A stretch of 32,000 nt of DNA from Longivirga aurantiaca (GCF_042660085.1 NZ_JBHSTI010000008.1:1359876-1391875), one strand, 5' to 3'. Positions 1 to 11,131 are shown, counted from the first letter of the stretch. The notes: generated by a model not told the origin, from the sequence alone. Numbers and translations: made by a program.

Positions 1-129
1 TGGCCGGGGGAGTGCACCGGGAGAGCCGGGGTCTTGCGGATGTCGTCTCAGGCCGCTGAGGGTGACGATCGCGACACGGACACCGGCGGTCGGGAGGCCG
101 GGAAGGCCCGCCTTCCCTAGACTCGGGCC

Positions 130-2082
130 ATGAGCCTCCTGCCCCGGATCGGGTCGCCGGACGATCTGCGGGCGCTGCCCGCAGAGGTCCTCCCCGACCT
201 CGCGGCCGAGATCCGTGCGGCGCTCGTCGAGAAGGTCACCCGCACCGGCGGGCACCTCGGACCCAACCTGGGCGTGGTCGAGCTCACGATCGCGCTGCAC
301 CGCGTGTTCCGGTCGCCGCAGGACGTGCTCGTCTTCGACACGGGCCACCAGTCGTACGTGCACAAGATGCTCACCGGGCGGCTCGCGGACTTCGACGACC
401 TGCGCCAGGGCGGCGGCCTCTCCGGGTATCCCAGCCGGGCGGAGTCCGAGCACGACGTCGTGGAGAACTCGCACGCCTCGACCGCGCTGTCGTGGGCGGA
501 CGGCATCGCGAAGGGCTTCGAGCAGACAGGGGAGCTCGAGGCCCGGCACGTCGTCGGGATCATCGGGGACGGCGCTCTCACGGGCGGTATGGCGTGGGAG
601 GCCCTCAACAACATCGCCGGGGCACCGGACCGCCCGCTCGTCATCGTGGTCAACGACAACGAGCGCTCGTACTCGCCGACCATCGGCGGCCTGGCCCACC
701 ACCTCGCGACCCTGCGCACCGCCCGCAGCTACGAACGGGTGCTCGACTTCGGCAAGCGGGCGCTCGGCCGCACGCCGGTGCTCGGCCCTCCGATGTACGA
801 GACCCTGCACGGGATCAAGAAGGGCATCAAGGACGTCGTCGCTCCACAGGGCATGTTCGAGGACCTGGGCCTGAAGTACATCGGCCCCGTGGACGGCCAC
901 GACATCCCCGCGCTCGAGCACGCGCTCCGTCGCGCGCGCTCGTTCCCCGGCCCGGTCATCGTCCACGTCATCACCGAGAAGGGGCGCGGGTACACCCCGG
1001 CGCTGCAGGACGAGGCCGAGCGGTTCCACGCGGTCGGCATCCTCGACCCCGAGACGGGTCAGCCTCTCGGCACCAAGGGCACCACGTGGACGTCGGTGTT
1101 CTCCTCCGAGCTCGTCGAGATCGGTCGCCGTCGGCCCGACGTCGTGGCGATCACCGCGGCCATGATGGGGCCGACCGGCCTCGACAAGTTCTGCGCCGAG
1201 TTCCCGCACCGCACCTTCGACGTCGGGATCGCCGAGCAGCACGCGGCCACGAGCGCGGCGGGCATGGCGTACGCGGGCGTGCACCCGGTCGTCGCGGTCT
1301 ATGCGACGTTCCTCAACCGGGCGTTCGACCAGGTGCTCATGGACATCGCCCTCCACAAGGCCGGCGTGACGTTCGTGCTCGACCGTGCAGGGGTGACGGG
1401 CGACGACGGCGCGAGCCACAACGGCATGTGGGACATGTCGATCATGGGCGTGGTGCCGGGTGTGCGCGTCGCGGCGCCGCGCGACGCGGCGACCCTGCGC
1501 GAGGAGCTCGGTGAGGCCGTCGAGGTGTCGGACGCCCCCACGGTCGTGCGCTTCCCCAAGGGCGGCGTGGGCGACGACGTACCGGCTCTCGAGCGGGTCG
1601 GCGGCGTCGACGTGCTGCGGCGTGACGACGAGCGCGACGTGCTGCTCGTGTCGGTGGGTGCCTTCGCCCCGCTCTGCCTCGAGGTCGCGGACCGCCTCGC
1701 GGCGCAGGGGATCGGTGTGACGGTCGTCGACCCGCGCTGGGTCGTGCCGGTGCCTGCCGCGCTGATCGGGCTCGCCGCCGAGCACCGCCTGGTGGTGAGC
1801 GTCGAGGACAACAGCCGCGCGGGCGGCATCGGGTCGGGCATCGCCCAGGCGCTGCGCGACGCCGAGGTCGACGTCCCCTTCCGCGACTTCGGCATCGAGC
1901 GCAGGTTCCTCGACCACGGCACGCGGGCGACGGTGCTCGGCGAGCTGGGGCTGACCGCGCAGGACGTCTCGCGCGCCGTGGTGGAGACGGTGGCCCGGCT
2001 CGAGCACGTGCGCACCGGAGGCGAGGACGAGGCTGCGGGGGCCGTGCAGCAGGTCGAGCAGGACGGCGCAGCCGAGGCCTGA
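130..2082 (+). CDS. dxs: 1-deoxy-D-xylulose-5-phosphate synthase
   Basis: 650-aa ORF with an ATG start. Typical DXS N-terminus ([18 protein letters not shown]) and TPP-binding [16 protein letters not shown] motif; transketolase-like central and C-terminal domains. Confidence 0.95.
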   Translation: MSLLPRIGSPDDLRALPAEVLPDLAAEIRAALVEKVTRTGGHLGPNLGVVELTIALHRVFRSPQDVLVFDTGHQSYVHKMLTGRLADFDDLRQGGGLSGYPSRAESEHDVVENSHASTALSWADGIAKGFEQTGELEARHVVGIIGDGALTGGMAWEALNNIAGAPDRPLVIVVNDNERSYSPTIGGLAHHLATLRTARSYERVLDFGKRALGRTPVLGPPMYETLHGIKKGIKDVVAPQGMFEDLGLKYIGPVDGHDIPALEHALRRARSFPGPVIVHVITEKGRGYTPALQDEAERFHAVGILDPETGQPLGTKGTTWTSVFSSELVEIGRRRPDVVAITAAMMGPTGLDKFCAEFPHRTFDVGIAEQHAATSAAGMAYAGVHPVVAVYATFLNRAFDQVLMDIALHKAGVTFVLDRAGVTGDDGASHNGMWDMSIMGVVPGVRVAAPRDAATLREELGEAVEVSDAPTVVRFPKGGVGDDVPALERVGGVDVLRRDDERDVLLVSVGAFAPLCLEVADRLAAQGIGVTVVDPRWVVPVPAALIGLAAEHRLVVSVEDNSRAGGIGSGIAQALRDAEVDVPFRDFGIERRFLDHGTRATVLGELGLTAQDVSRAVVETVARLEHVRTGGEDEAAGAVQQVEQDGAAEA

Positions 2083-2088
2083 GGCTGA

Positions 2089-2994
2089 TCAGGCGAGGCG
2101 CCGTCGCGGCGGGTGGCCGAGCTCCTCGGGCGACGGGTCGGACAGCGACTGCGCCACGGGGTCGCCACCGCTGCGGATGAGGGCGACCTCGTCCTTGGTG
2201 ATGAGGACCGGTCGGATGAAGCCCCGCTCGTCAGGCTCGGTGATCTCCGCGGCGCTGATCGCGAACGCGGGGTCGATGCGGCCGAGGTCGAGCCAGCCTC
2301 GGTTGCGCACAGGCACGGCAGCGGTGCGCATCCCGTGGCCTTCCACGAGCGCTGCGCGCAGCTCCGCACTGGCGAGCAGGGTGAGGACATCGGCGTCGCC
2401 GAGGGGGCGCAGCACCGACGTCGTGTCGCGGCGGACCCGCTCGGACGCCAGGACGGCCATGTCGGACAGGTGCCGCTCGGCACGCATGGACGCCTCGGAG
2501 ACGTCGATGCCGGCAGCGATGAGCACGCCCGCCGGAAGCACTCCGACCGCCTCGTGCTCGGGGCGGCCGTCGTCGTCGACCCCGCGCAGCGCCAGACCGA
2601 CGTCGAGGGCACCGCCCAGGACCGCACGGCGCGGCCAGGACGGCCCGGGATGCACGGGGTGGTCCGGAGGGAGGGCACGCAGCCGCACCTTCGCCAGGAC
2701 CCGCGCACGGGCCTCCAGGGGCGTGCCCGGCAGGGACATGAGGTCGTGCAGGGCGATCCGCAGGCGCAGCCATCGGCCCACGCGACGGCAGGTCTCGGCG
2801 GCGGTGAGCTCACCGGGGCCGTCGTGCGCCACGGCGAGGAACAGCTCGGGCCAGCGCACGAGCATCTCGTCCCCGTCGACGCCGGTGTGCACGACGCCGT
2901 CGGTGCGCGTCTGCAGGTCGCCGACGGCGCCGTCCTCGGTGAGGGTCAGGGACAGCACGGCTCGCCGCAGCGCGACGGGCACGTGGATGCTCAT
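2089..2994 (-). CDS. conserved hypothetical protein (no recognisable domain)
   Basis: The minus-strand frame has strong GC3 bias across its whole length. I chose the internal ATG (MSIHVPVALRR...) at 2994 over the ORF-track start at 3021. Convergent with dxs, with stop codons 6 nt apart. Confidence 0.7.
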   Translation of the reverse strand: MSIHVPVALRRAVLSLTLTEDGAVGDLQTRTDGVVHTGVDGDEMLVRWPELFLAVAHDGPGELTAAETCRRVGRWLRLRIALHDLMSLPGTPLEARARVLAKVRLRALPPDHPVHPGPSWPRRAVLGGALDVGLALRGVDDDGRPEHEAVGVLPAGVLIAAGIDVSEASMRAERHLSDMAVLASERVRRDTTSVLRPLGDADVLTLLASAELRAALVEGHGMRTAAVPVRNRGWLDLGRIDPAFAISAAEITEPDERGFIRPVLITKDEVALIRSGGDPVAQSLSDPSPEELGHPPRRRLA

Positions 2995-3036
2995 GCCTCG
3001 ACCGTACGCGGCTGCACCCACCCGCGCCGAGGCCCC

Positions 3037-3054
3037 GGCGGGTGACCACCCGCC
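3037..3054 (-). terminator. possible stem-loop downstream of fadB
   Basis: ggcgggtg-ac-cacccgcc inverted repeat about 60 nt downstream of the fadB stop. No U-tract. Confidence 0.25.
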
Positions 3055-3114
3055 ACGCAGCGCGTGCGAACGAGCACGAAAAGTGACGCCCGGTGACGGT
3101 TCCTCAGCAGAGGC

Positions 3115-5247
3115 TCAACGCGGGCTCGCCACGCCGGGCGGGAGGAACCGCTGCCCCGTGACGCGCTCGCTGGTGCCGGTGCGGTCGAGGTACGGCGTGA
3201 TGCCGCCGAGGTGGAACGGCCATCCGGCACCGAGGAGCATGCACAGGTCGATGTCCTGCGGCTCCGCGACGACGCCCTCGTCGAGCATGAGGCGGATCTC
3301 CTCGGCGACCGCGTCGAGGGCGCGCTGACGCACCGCCTCGCCCGTCGACGGCGAGTCGCCGACCACGAACAGCTCGGCGACGTCGTCGGCGATGCGCGGG
3401 GTCGAGCCGTCCCACGCGAGCAGCGTGGTCTTGCCCGCCTCGACCATGCGGCGCTGGTTCTCCGAGATGCCGTAGCGGTCGGGGAAGGACTGGTGCAGCG
3501 TCTCCGCGGTGTGGAACGCGACCGCCGGCCCGACGAGCTGGAGCAGCACGTACGGCGACATCGGCAGGCCCATCGGGTCGAGCGCGTGCTCGGCGACCTC
3601 GAACGGCGTGCCCTCGTCGTACGCCGCGGTGACCTCGCCGAGGAAGCGGGTGAGGAGGCGGTTGACGACGAACGCCGGGGCGTCCTTCACGAGCACGCAC
3701 GACTTCTTCAACGTCTTGCCGAGGGCGAAGGCCGTGGCGAGCGAGGCGTCATCGGTGCGCTCGGCGCGGGCGATCTCGAGCAGCGGCATCATCGCGACGG
3801 GGTTGAAGAAGTGGAAGCCGACGACGCGCTCGGGGTGCTGCAGGTTCTCCGCCATGGCCGTGACCGACAGCGAGCTCGTGTTGGTGAGCAGGACGCAGGT
3901 GTCGGCCACGACGGCCTCGACCTCGGCAAAGACCTGCTGCTTGACCTTGAGGTCCTCGAACACGGCCTCGATGACCACGCTCGCGTCGGCGAAGTCGGTC
4001 TTGCTCGTGGAGCCGGAGACCAGGGCGGTGAGGCGGTTGGCCTTGTCCTGGTTGAGGCGACCCTTCTCCTGCAGCTTCGAGATCTCGCCGTGCACCCACG
4101 CGACGCCCTTGTCCACGCGCGCCTGGTCGAGGTCGGTGAGGACCACGGGCACCTCGAGGCGCTGCACGAACAGCAGCGCGAGCTGGCTGGCCATGAGACC
4201 CGCGCCGACGACTCCGACCTTGGTGATCGGTCGGGCGAGCCCCTTGTCCGGGGCGCCCACCGGCCGCTTGGCCCGGCGCTGGACCAGATCGAACGAGTAC
4301 AGGCCGGAGCGCAGCTCGTCGCCCATGACGAGCTCGGTGAGCGCGTCGTCCTCGGCGGCGAAGCCCTCGTCGCGCGTGGCGGTGCGGGCTGCGGCCACGA
4401 GGTCGAGCGCGCGGTACGGCGCCGGCGTGGCGCCGTGCAGCCTGGCGTCGACGAGCGCACGGACGCCCGCGACGGCCGCGTCCCAGGCCTCGGCGTCGAC
4501 GGTGTGGTCGGTGCGCTCGACGACGACCGAGCCGCGGACGACGTCGGCGGTCCAGCGCAGGGACTGCGCGATGAAGTCGGCGGGCTCGAGCGCGACGTCG
4601 GCGATTCCGAGCTTCATCGCATCGGCCGGCTTCAGCATCCGGTTCTGCGAGAGCGGGTTCTCGACGACGACCTTGAGAGCCTTCTGCGCCCCGATGAGGC
4701 GGGGGAGCAGGTAGGCGCCGCCCCAGCCCGGGATGAGGCCGAGGAAGACCTCGGGGAGGGCGAGGAGCCCGGCCCCGGTGGAGAGCGTGCGGTAGGTGCA
4801 GTGCAGCGCGACCTCGAGGCCGCCGCCCATGGCCGCGCCGTTGACGAGCGCGAACGAGGGCACGGGCAGCTCGCCGAGGCGGCGCAGGACCGAGTGACCC
4901 GCCTCGCCCGTGGCGCGGGCCTCGGACGCGTCGGTGAGCTGTGCGACGCCGGTCAGGTCGGCGCCGACGGCGAAGATGAACGGCTTGCCGGTGACCGCGA
5001 CCGCGACGATCTCGCCAGCCGCCGCGTCGGCCTCGGCCTGGTCGAGCGCGGCCGACAGCGAGCGCAGGCCGGCGAGCCCGAAGGTGTTGGGCTTGGTGTG
5101 GTCGTGGCCGTTGTCGAGCGTGATGAGTGCGGCTCTTCCGGCTCCTGCCGGGAGGTCGACGAGGCGGTACTTGGCCTCGGTGACGACCTCGTCGGGCGCG
5201 CCGGCCGGGATGGTCTCGGTGGTGAATCGGGTGCTCACGTCGTTCAC
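3115..5247 (-). CDS. fadB: fatty-acid oxidation multifunctional protein: enoyl-CoA hydratase / 3-hydroxyacyl-CoA dehydrogenase (FadB-like)
   Basis: 710 aa from the GTG at 5247 (VNDVSTRF...). N-terminal crotonase fold (FIFAVGADL, GGGLEVAL), then an NAD Rossmann motif (VGVVGAGLMASQLA) and 3HCDH C-terminal domains. The start forms a GTGA overlap with the fadA stop. The ORF-track version (to 6162) is an out-of-frame upstream extension. Confidence 0.9.
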   Translation of the reverse strand: MNDVSTRFTTETIPAGAPDEVVTEAKYRLVDLPAGAGRAALITLDNGHDHTKPNTFGLAGLRSLSAALDQAEADAAAGEIVAVAVTGKPFIFAVGADLTGVAQLTDASEARATGEAGHSVLRRLGELPVPSFALVNGAAMGGGLEVALHCTYRTLSTGAGLLALPEVFLGLIPGWGGAYLLPRLIGAQKALKVVVENPLSQNRMLKPADAMKLGIADVALEPADFIAQSLRWTADVVRGSVVVERTDHTVDAEAWDAAVAGVRALVDARLHGATPAPYRALDLVAAARTATRDEGFAAEDDALTELVMGDELRSGLYSFDLVQRRAKRPVGAPDKGLARPITKVGVVGAGLMASQLALLFVQRLEVPVVLTDLDQARVDKGVAWVHGEISKLQEKGRLNQDKANRLTALVSGSTSKTDFADASVVIEAVFEDLKVKQQVFAEVEAVVADTCVLLTNTSSLSVTAMAENLQHPERVVGFHFFNPVAMMPLLEIARAERTDDASLATAFALGKTLKKSCVLVKDAPAFVVNRLLTRFLGEVTAAYDEGTPFEVAEHALDPMGLPMSPYVLLQLVGPAVAFHTAETLHQSFPDRYGISENQRRMVEAGKTTLLAWDGSTPRIADDVAELFVVGDSPSTGEAVRQRALDAVAEEIRLMLDEGVVAEPQDIDLCMLLGAGWPFHLGGITPYLDRTGTSERVTGQRFLPPGVASPR

Positions 5248-6452
5248 GCGTCCTTGCCGTCGAAGTGGGGGTTCTCCCAGATGACCGTGCCGCCCATGCC
5301 GAGGCCGATGCACATGGTGGTGAGGCCGTAGCGGACCTCGGGGTGCGCCTCGAAGGAGCGCGCGAGGTACGCCATGAGGCGGATGCCGGACGACGCCAGC
5401 GGGTGGCCGACGGCGATGGCGCCGCCGTAGGGGTTCACGCGCGGGTCGTCGTCGGCGATGCCGAAGTGGTCGAGGAAGGCCAGCACCTGCACGGCGAACG
5501 CCTCGTTGACCTCGAACAGGCCGATGTCGTCGATGGTGAGGCCGGCCTTGGCGAGAGCCTTCTCGGTCGAGGGCACCGGTCCGACGCCCATGACCTCGGG
5601 GGCCACGCCCGCGAAGGCGAAGGACACGAGCCGCGCCTTCTTGGTGAGTCCGAGCTCGTCGGCGACGTCCTCGGCCACGAGCAGCGCGGCGGTGGCGCCG
5701 TCGTTGAGGCCCGAGCTGTTGCCCGCGGTCACGCGGCCGTGGGCGCGGAAGGGGGTCTTGAGGCTGGCGAGGGTCTCGACCGTGGTCTCGCGCGGCGGCT
5801 CGTCGACCGTCGCGAGGCCGTATCCGAGGGACGCGCTGCGCACGGCGACAGGGACCAGATCCTGCTGGATGACGCCGTCGGCGTAGGCCTTGGCGGTCTT
5901 CTCCTGGCTGCGGACGGCGTACTCGTCGGCGCGGGCCTTGGTGAGGTGCGGGAAGCGGTCGTGCAGGTTCTCGGCCGTCTTGCCCATGAACAGGGCCTCG
6001 GGGTCGACGAGCTTCTCGGCGATCAGGCGCGGGTTCGGGTCCATCCCCTCGCCCATGGGGTGGCGTCCCATGTGCTCGACGCCGCCGGCGACGACGACGT
6101 CGTACGCCCCGAAGCCGATGCCGCTGGAGAGGTTGGTGACCGCGGTGAGCGCGCCCGCGCACATGCGGTCGACGCTCTGGCCGGGGACGGTGTTCGGGAA
6201 GCCCGCGAGGATGCCCGCCGTGCGGCCGAGGGTGAGGCCCTGGTCGCCGATCTGGGTCGTGGCCGCGACGGCGACGTCGTCGATCCGGTCGGCGGGAAGG
6301 TTCGGGTTGCGACGCAGCAGCTCGCGGAAGACGGCGACGACCAGGTCGTCGGCTCGGGTCTCGGCGTAGACGCCGTTGGCGCCGGCCTTGCCGAAGGGGG
6401 TCCGGACGGCGTCGACGAGCACGACGTCACGGACAGCGCGGGTGGGGGACAC
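5244..6452 (-). CDS. fadA: acetyl-CoA C-acyltransferase (thiolase, FadA-like)
   Basis: 402 aa. Thiolase active-site Cys context (SVDRMCAGALTAV) and C-terminal NPYGGAIAVGHPLASSG and CIGLGMGG motifs. GTG start preceded by GAGGAG. Confidence 0.93.
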   Translation of the reverse strand: MSPTRAVRDVVLVDAVRTPFGKAGANGVYAETRADDLVVAVFRELLRRNPNLPADRIDDVAVAATTQIGDQGLTLGRTAGILAGFPNTVPGQSVDRMCAGALTAVTNLSSGIGFGAYDVVVAGGVEHMGRHPMGEGMDPNPRLIAEKLVDPEALFMGKTAENLHDRFPHLTKARADEYAVRSQEKTAKAYADGVIQQDLVPVAVRSASLGYGLATVDEPPRETTVETLASLKTPFRAHGRVTAGNSSGLNDGATAALLVAEDVADELGLTKKARLVSFAFAGVAPEVMGVGPVPSTEKALAKAGLTIDDIGLFEVNEAFAVQVLAFLDHFGIADDDPRVNPYGGAIAVGHPLASSGIRLMAYLARSFEAHPEVRYGLTTMCIGLGMGGTVIWENPHFDGKDA

Positions 6453-6502
6453 GGGAACTCCTCGCGAGCGGCGGACCGGGTCACCGCGGGGCCCGGCTCG
6501 GG

Positions 6503-6555
6503 TTACCCACGGGTAATGTCCCGATGCTACCCGCCGGTAACCGATCGCGGTACCC
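6503..6555. promoter_or_regulatory. phased pseudo-palindromic operator-like repeats upstream of fadA
   Basis: TTACCC-AC-GGGTAA (6503-6516, perfect inverted repeat), CTACCC-GC-CGGTAA (6527-6540) and a GTACCC half-site (6550-6555). Spacing is about 24 nt, and the sites lie 51-104 nt upstream of the fadA start. Confidence 0.35.
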
Positions 6556-6572
6556 GCCCCCCGCGCGTGCCC

Positions 6573-8549
6573 TCAGGCGGGGGCGGGCTCGTCGTCGAGC
6601 GCTCCCACGAACTGGGCGTGGTAGAGCCCGTGGTAGGCGCCGCGCGCGGCGAGGAGCCGCTCGTGGCTGCCCTGCTCGACGATCCGGCCGTTCTCCATCA
6701 CGAGGATGAGGTCGGCGTCGCGGATGGTGGAGAGGCGGTGCGCGATGACGAAGCTCGTGCGGTCCGAGCGCAGCTTCGTGGTCGCCCGCTGCACGAGCAC
6801 CTCGGTGCGGGTGTCGACCGAGCTCGTGGCCTCGTCGAGGATGAGGAGCGACGGGTCGGCGAGGAACGCGCGCGCGATGGTGATGAGCTGCTTCTCGCCC
6901 GCGCTGAGGTTGTCGCCCTCCTCGTCGATGACGGTGTCGTAGCCGTCGGGCAGCACGCGCACGAAGCGGTCGACGTACGTCGCGCGCGCTGCCGCAAGGA
7001 TCTCGTCCTCGGAGGCACCGGGCTTGCCGTACGCGATGTTGTCGCGGATCGTGCCGCCGAACAGCCAGGTGTCCTGCAGCACCATGCCGATCTGGCTGCG
7101 CAGGTCGTCGCGCGTCAGCGTCGCGATGTCGACGCCGTCGAGCGTGATCCTCCCCGCGCGGACCTCGTAGAACCGCATGATGAGGTTGACGAGCGTCGTC
7201 TTGCCGGCGCCGGTCGGACCGACGATGGCGACGGAGTGGCCGGGCTCGGCGACCAGCGACAGGTTCTCGATCAGCGGTGCGTCGTCGGTGTAGGAGAACG
7301 AGACGTCGTGGAACTCGACGCGTCCGCCGGTGCGCGGCGACGCGTTCGGCGCGACAGGGTCGGGCAGCTGCTCCTCGGCGTCGAGGAGCTCGAAGACCCG
7401 CTCGGCCGACGCGACGCCGGACTGCAGCAGGTTGGACATCGAGGCGACCGTGGTGAGCGGCTGGGTGAACTGGCGCGAGTACTGGATGAAGGCCTGGACG
7501 TCGCCGAGGCTCATCGACCCCGATGCCACCTTCAGGCCGCCGATCACGGCGATGAAGACGTAGTTGAGGTTCCCGATGAACATGATCACCGGCATGATCA
7601 GGCCGGACAGGAACTGCGCACCCGAGCTCGCCTCGAAGAGCTTGTCGTTGCGCTCCTCGAACACGTCCTCGGACGCCTTCTGGTGGCCGTAGACCGTGAC
7701 GAGGGTGTGGCCCGAGTAGGCCTCCTCGATGTGCCCGTTGAGCTTCCCCGTCTCGCCCCACTGCGCGATGAAGAGCGGCTGCGACCGCTTGGCCACCATG
7801 GCGGTGACGATCACGGACAGCGGCACGGACACGAGCGCGACCAGCGCGAGCAGCGGAGAGATCCAGAGCATCATGCCGAGGACGCCGACGAGCGTGAGCA
7901 GCGAGGTCAGCAGCTGGCTGAAGGTCTGCTGCATGGTCTGCTGGATGTTGTCGACGTCGTTCGTCACCCGGGAGAGCAGCTCGCCGCGGGGGACCTTGTC
8001 GAAGTAGCTGAGCGGCAGCCGGTGCAGCTTGTCCTCGACATCGCGGCGCAGGCGCATGGCCGTGCGCTGCACGAGCCCGTTCAGCACGAACGCCTGCAGC
8101 CACATGATGATCGACGACATGACGTAGAGCGCGAGCACGAGCAGGAGCACGCGTCCCAGTGCGTCGAAGTCCACGCCCTGCCCGGGCACGACGCTCATGC
8201 CGGAGACGAGGTCGGCGAGCTGGTTCTGCCCGTCGGCGCGCAGGCCCGCCACGACCTGCTCCTGGGTGAGCCCGGCAGGCAGCTGCTTGCCGACGAAGCC
8301 CTCGAAGATGAGGTTGGTGGCGTTGCCCAGGATCTTGGGCCCGACGACGTTGAGCGAGACGCCGACGACGGTCATGAGGATGACCGCGGTCACGCCGATC
8401 CGCTCGGGACGCAGCCGGCGCACGAGGCGCTTGGCGGACGGCCAGAAGGTGAGGGACTTCTCGGCGGGCATCGTCGAGCCCATCATCCCGCCGCGCGGGC
8501 CGAAACCGCCGCCGCCGGCGGGCCTGCGGACCGGCGCCTGGCCGCTCAT
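6573..8549 (-). CDS. ABC transporter permease/ATP-binding protein (exporter half-transporter, subunit B)
   Basis: 658 aa from the ATG at 8549 ([15 protein letters not shown]...). Six-TM exporter domain, Walker [11 protein letters not shown], signature LSAGEKQ, Walker [17 protein letters not shown] overlap with the upstream partner gene. Confidence 0.9.
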   Translation of the reverse strand: MSGQAPVRRPAGGGGFGPRGGMMGSTMPAEKSLTFWPSAKRLVRRLRPERIGVTAVILMTVVGVSLNVVGPKILGNATNLIFEGFVGKQLPAGLTQEQVVAGLRADGQNQLADLVSGMSVVPGQGVDFDALGRVLLLVLALYVMSSIIMWLQAFVLNGLVQRTAMRLRRDVEDKLHRLPLSYFDKVPRGELLSRVTNDVDNIQQTMQQTFSQLLTSLLTLVGVLGMMLWISPLLALVALVSVPLSVIVTAMVAKRSQPLFIAQWGETGKLNGHIEEAYSGHTLVTVYGHQKASEDVFEERNDKLFEASSGAQFLSGLIMPVIMFIGNLNYVFIAVIGGLKVASGSMSLGDVQAFIQYSRQFTQPLTTVASMSNLLQSGVASAERVFELLDAEEQLPDPVAPNASPRTGGRVEFHDVSFSYTDDAPLIENLSLVAEPGHSVAIVGPTGAGKTTLVNLIMRFYEVRAGRITLDGVDIATLTRDDLRSQIGMVLQDTWLFGGTIRDNIAYGKPGASEDEILAAARATYVDRFVRVLPDGYDTVIDEEGDNLSAGEKQLITIARAFLADPSLLILDEATSSVDTRTEVLVQRATTKLRSDRTSFVIAHRLSTIRDADLILVMENGRIVEQGSHERLLAARGAYHGLYHAQFVGALDDEPAPA

Positions 8550-10279
8550 GCCGCGTCCTCCACGAGCTCCTGCGACGCCACGATCTCGGCGTACGTCGGA
8601 CACGTCTCGAGCAGGTCCTCGTGCTTTCCGACGCCGACGAGCATGCCGTCGTCGAGCACCACGATCTGGTCGGCGTCCAACACGCTCGAGACGCGCTGCG
8701 CCACGACGATGACCGTCGACTCCCGCGTCACGGGCCGCAGGGCCGCCCGAAGCCGCGCGTCGGTGGCCATGTCGAGGGCGGAGAACGAGTCGTCGAACAG
8801 GTAGATCTCGGGCCTGCGGATGATCGCGCGCGCCATCGCGAGGCGCTGGCGCTGCCCGCCGGAGAAGTTGGTGCCGCCCTGCGCGACCGCGGTGTCGAGC
8901 CCGTCGGGCAGCGCTCGGACGAAGTCGTCGGCCTGCGCTATCCGCAGGGCGTCCCACAGCTCGTCCTCGGTGGCGTCGAGCTTGCCGTACTCGAGGTTGC
9001 TGCGGACGGTGCCGGTGAAGAGGTACGCCTTCTGCGGCACCAGGCCGATGCGCGCGTGCAGGGCGGCGGGGTCGAGCTCGCGGACGTCGACGCCGTCGAC
9101 GAGCACCTGGCCCTCGGTGGCGTCGAAGAGCCGGGGGATGAGGCTGACGAGCGTGGTCTTGCCGGAGCCCGTGCCGCCGAGGACGGCGGTGACCATGCCG
9201 GGGCCGCAGGTGATCGAGATGTCGCAGAGGACGGGCTCGTCGGCGCCTGGGTAGGAGAACGTCGCGCCGCGCAGCTCGACCGTGGCGTGCGAGGTGGTCT
9301 CGGTGACGGGGCCGACCGGAGGCGTGACCGACGGCTCGGTGTCGAGCACCTCGACGATGCGCTCGGCGCTCACCGCGGCGCGGGGAACCATCACGAGCAT
9401 GAACGTCGCCATCATGATCGACATCAGGATCTGCATGAGATAGCTGAGGAACGCCGTCAGCGAGCCGATCTGCATCGCGCCCGAGTCGACGCGGATCGCG
9501 CCGAACCACATGACGCCGACGCTCGAGACGTTGAGCACGAGCATCACGGTCGGGAACATCAGGGCCATGAGCCGGCCGACGCTGGTCGCGGTGGCGGTCA
9601 GCTCGTCGTTCGCCACGCCGAACCGATCGCGCTCGACCGGCTCGCGCACGAACGCGCGGACCACGCGGATGCCCGTGATCTGCTCGCGCAGCACGCGGTT
9701 CACGTTGTCGAGGCGCTTCTGCATGCGCCGGAACTGGGGGATCATCCGCGACACGATCAGCGCGATCGCACCCACGAGGACCACGACGCTCACGACGATG
9801 ATCCACGCGAGACCGACGTCCTGCTGGAGCGCCATGATGACGCCGCCGACGCCCATGATCGGCGCGCTCACCATCATCGTGCAGGTGAGCAGCACGAGCA
9901 TCTGGACCTGCTGCACGTCGTTCGTGGTGCGGGTGATCAGCGTCGGCGCGCCGAACGTGCCCATCTCCCGGGCGGAGAAGCGGCCGACGCGGTGGAAGAT
10001 CGAGGCGCGGACGTCCCGGCCGAAGCCCATGGCGCTGCGGGCGCCGAACCACACGGCGCCGATCGAGCAGACGACCTGCACGAACGAGACGCCGAGCATC
10101 ACGGCGCCGATCTTCAGGATGTACTCGGTGTCGCCGCGGGCCACGCCCTGGTCGATGATGTCGGCGTTGAGCGTCGGCAGGTAGAGCGAGGCGATGGTGC
10201 CGACGAGCTGCAGGAGCACGACTGCGACCAGGAACGCCGTGTAGGGCTTCAGGTGGTCCTTCAGGAGCCGAACGAGCAC
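8546..10279 (-). CDS. ABC transporter permease/ATP-binding protein (exporter half-transporter, subunit A)
   Basis: 577 aa. TM domain followed by Walker [11 protein letters not shown], signature FSGGQRQR and Walker [13 protein letters not shown]. Translationally coupled to the downstream partner, implying a heterodimeric exporter. Confidence 0.92.
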   Translation of the reverse strand: MLVRLLKDHLKPYTAFLVAVVLLQLVGTIASLYLPTLNADIIDQGVARGDTEYILKIGAVMLGVSFVQVVCSIGAVWFGARSAMGFGRDVRASIFHRVGRFSAREMGTFGAPTLITRTTNDVQQVQMLVLLTCTMMVSAPIMGVGGVIMALQQDVGLAWIIVVSVVVLVGAIALIVSRMIPQFRRMQKRLDNVNRVLREQITGIRVVRAFVREPVERDRFGVANDELTATATSVGRLMALMFPTVMLVLNVSSVGVMWFGAIRVDSGAMQIGSLTAFLSYLMQILMSIMMATFMLVMVPRAAVSAERIVEVLDTEPSVTPPVGPVTETTSHATVELRGATFSYPGADEPVLCDISITCGPGMVTAVLGGTGSGKTTLVSLIPRLFDATEGQVLVDGVDVRELDPAALHARIGLVPQKAYLFTGTVRSNLEYGKLDATEDELWDALRIAQADDFVRALPDGLDTAVAQGGTNFSGGQRQRLAMARAIIRRPEIYLFDDSFSALDMATDARLRAALRPVTRESTVIVVAQRVSSVLDADQIVVLDDGMLVGVGKHEDLLETCPTYAEIVASQELVEDAA

Positions 10280-10380
10280 GTGCCCTCCGCCATCAGGTGC
10301 GTCGACCGGCAGCGACGGTCTCTGCTGGCCGGCGCGCGGAACGAACGGCCCATCCTCGCACCGGCCGACAGGGCGGGCAC

Positions 10381-10407
10381 CGCGGTATCGCTCTCAGCGA
10401 TACCGCG
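10381..10407 (-). terminator. stem-loop immediately downstream of the AlkD-like gene
   Basis: Perfect 12-bp stem (cgcggtatcgct / agcgataccgcg) with a 3-nt loop, starting 6 nt past the stop. No U-tract, as is common in high-GC actinobacteria. Confidence 0.5.
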
Positions 10408-10412
10408 ACGGG

Positions 10413-11099
10413 CTAGAGGTTCTTGAGCGCCTCGCGCCGGGACAGCGGCGACAGGTCGGCCTCGTGCTCGGCGACGAACGCACGCACCCAGGCCGGGTCG
10501 CGGTGGGCGAGGTCGCGCAGCGCCCAGCCGACCGCCTTGCGCAGGAAGAACTCCGTCGAGGGTGCTGCCGCGAGCACCACGTCGGCCAGCAGGTCGCGGT
10601 CGACGTCGCCGCGAGCGCCGAGCTGGCTGAGCACCGACGTGCGCCGCAGCCACAGGTCGTCCGACCGCGACCAGAGACGGATCACGGGGTCCATCTCCGT
10701 GGGGAACGCGCGACGCAGCGGCGACACCGTGCGTCCGGCGACCTCGTCGACGAGGTCCCACCACGCGCCGGTCACCACGAGGTGCTCGAGCAGCGGGACG
10801 AGCGAGGCGTCGCGCCAGCGCTTCCCGCGGTCGAGCAGCGCGAGGGCGGCGTACCGCTCCTCGCGATACGCGGCGTCGTCGTACAGAGCGCGGACCGTCG
10901 CCTCCCAGACCTCGCGGTCCGCGAGGGGATGGGCGGCCCAGACCGGGCGCAGGGCAGCGACCCGGGCGGGCTTGGCGACGCCGAGGAACGGCATCTCCGA
11001 CTTCATGTAGGCCCGCATGGCCGGCGCACGGCCCGCGTCCGCCTGAGCGCCGAGCGCTGCGCGGACGGCGTCGACGAGTGCGAGGTCTGGCGCGGTCAC
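10413..11099 (-). CDS. DNA alkylation repair protein (AlkC/AlkD-like HEAT-repeat family)
   Basis: MRAYMKSEMPFLGV..., WW..VD and FFLRKAVGWALR motifs typical of the DNA_alkylation family. I chose the GTG at 11099 (VTAPDLALVD) because the track start at 11183 would overlap the upstream lipoprotein gene. Confidence 0.8.
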   Translation of the reverse strand: MTAPDLALVDAVRAALGAQADAGRAPAMRAYMKSEMPFLGVAKPARVAALRPVWAAHPLADREVWEATVRALYDDAAYREERYAALALLDRGKRWRDASLVPLLEHLVVTGAWWDLVDEVAGRTVSPLRRAFPTEMDPVIRLWSRSDDLWLRRTSVLSQLGARGDVDRDLLADVVLAAAPSTEFFLRKAVGWALRDLAHRDPAWVRAFVAEHEADLSPLSRREALKNL

Positions 11100-11131
11100 C
11101 GGAGCAGTGTGCCGACCGGCATGCGGGGCCG

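Noticed and set aside
100-117. gggaagg-cccg-ccttccc hairpin just upstream of the dxs start
   Set aside because: The stem is only 7 bp and the upstream gene is outside the window. It cannot be judged as terminator, attenuator or chance, so it was not reported as a feature.
3115-6162. 1015-aa ORF suggesting a giant FadB with a 305-aa N-terminal extension
   Set aside because: The extension is Arg/Gly/Pro-rich low-complexity sequence lying out of frame over the well-supported thiolase gene. The recognisable FadB sequence begins at the GTG at 5247, which is coupled to the fadA stop (GTGA).
5265-8804. 1179-aa plus-strand ORF, with similar long ORFs at 1299-2813(-), 3211-5331(+), 8621-10426(+), 14979-16841(+), 16652-18802(-), 17541-19382(-), 18862-20295(-) and 26951-29938(-)
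   Set aside because: These are antisense or off-frame shadows of confidently identified genes. Their compositions are dominated by Arg/Gly/Asp/His/Pro, as expected when stop codons are rare in high-GC DNA. None has a recognisable motif.
6573-10052. 1159-aa ORF fusing the downstream ABC gene with an upstream extension
   Set aside because: The first ~500 aa are Arg/Pro/His-rich shadow sequence over the real upstream ABC gene (8546-10279, a different frame). The true start is the ATG at 8549, in an ATGA overlap.
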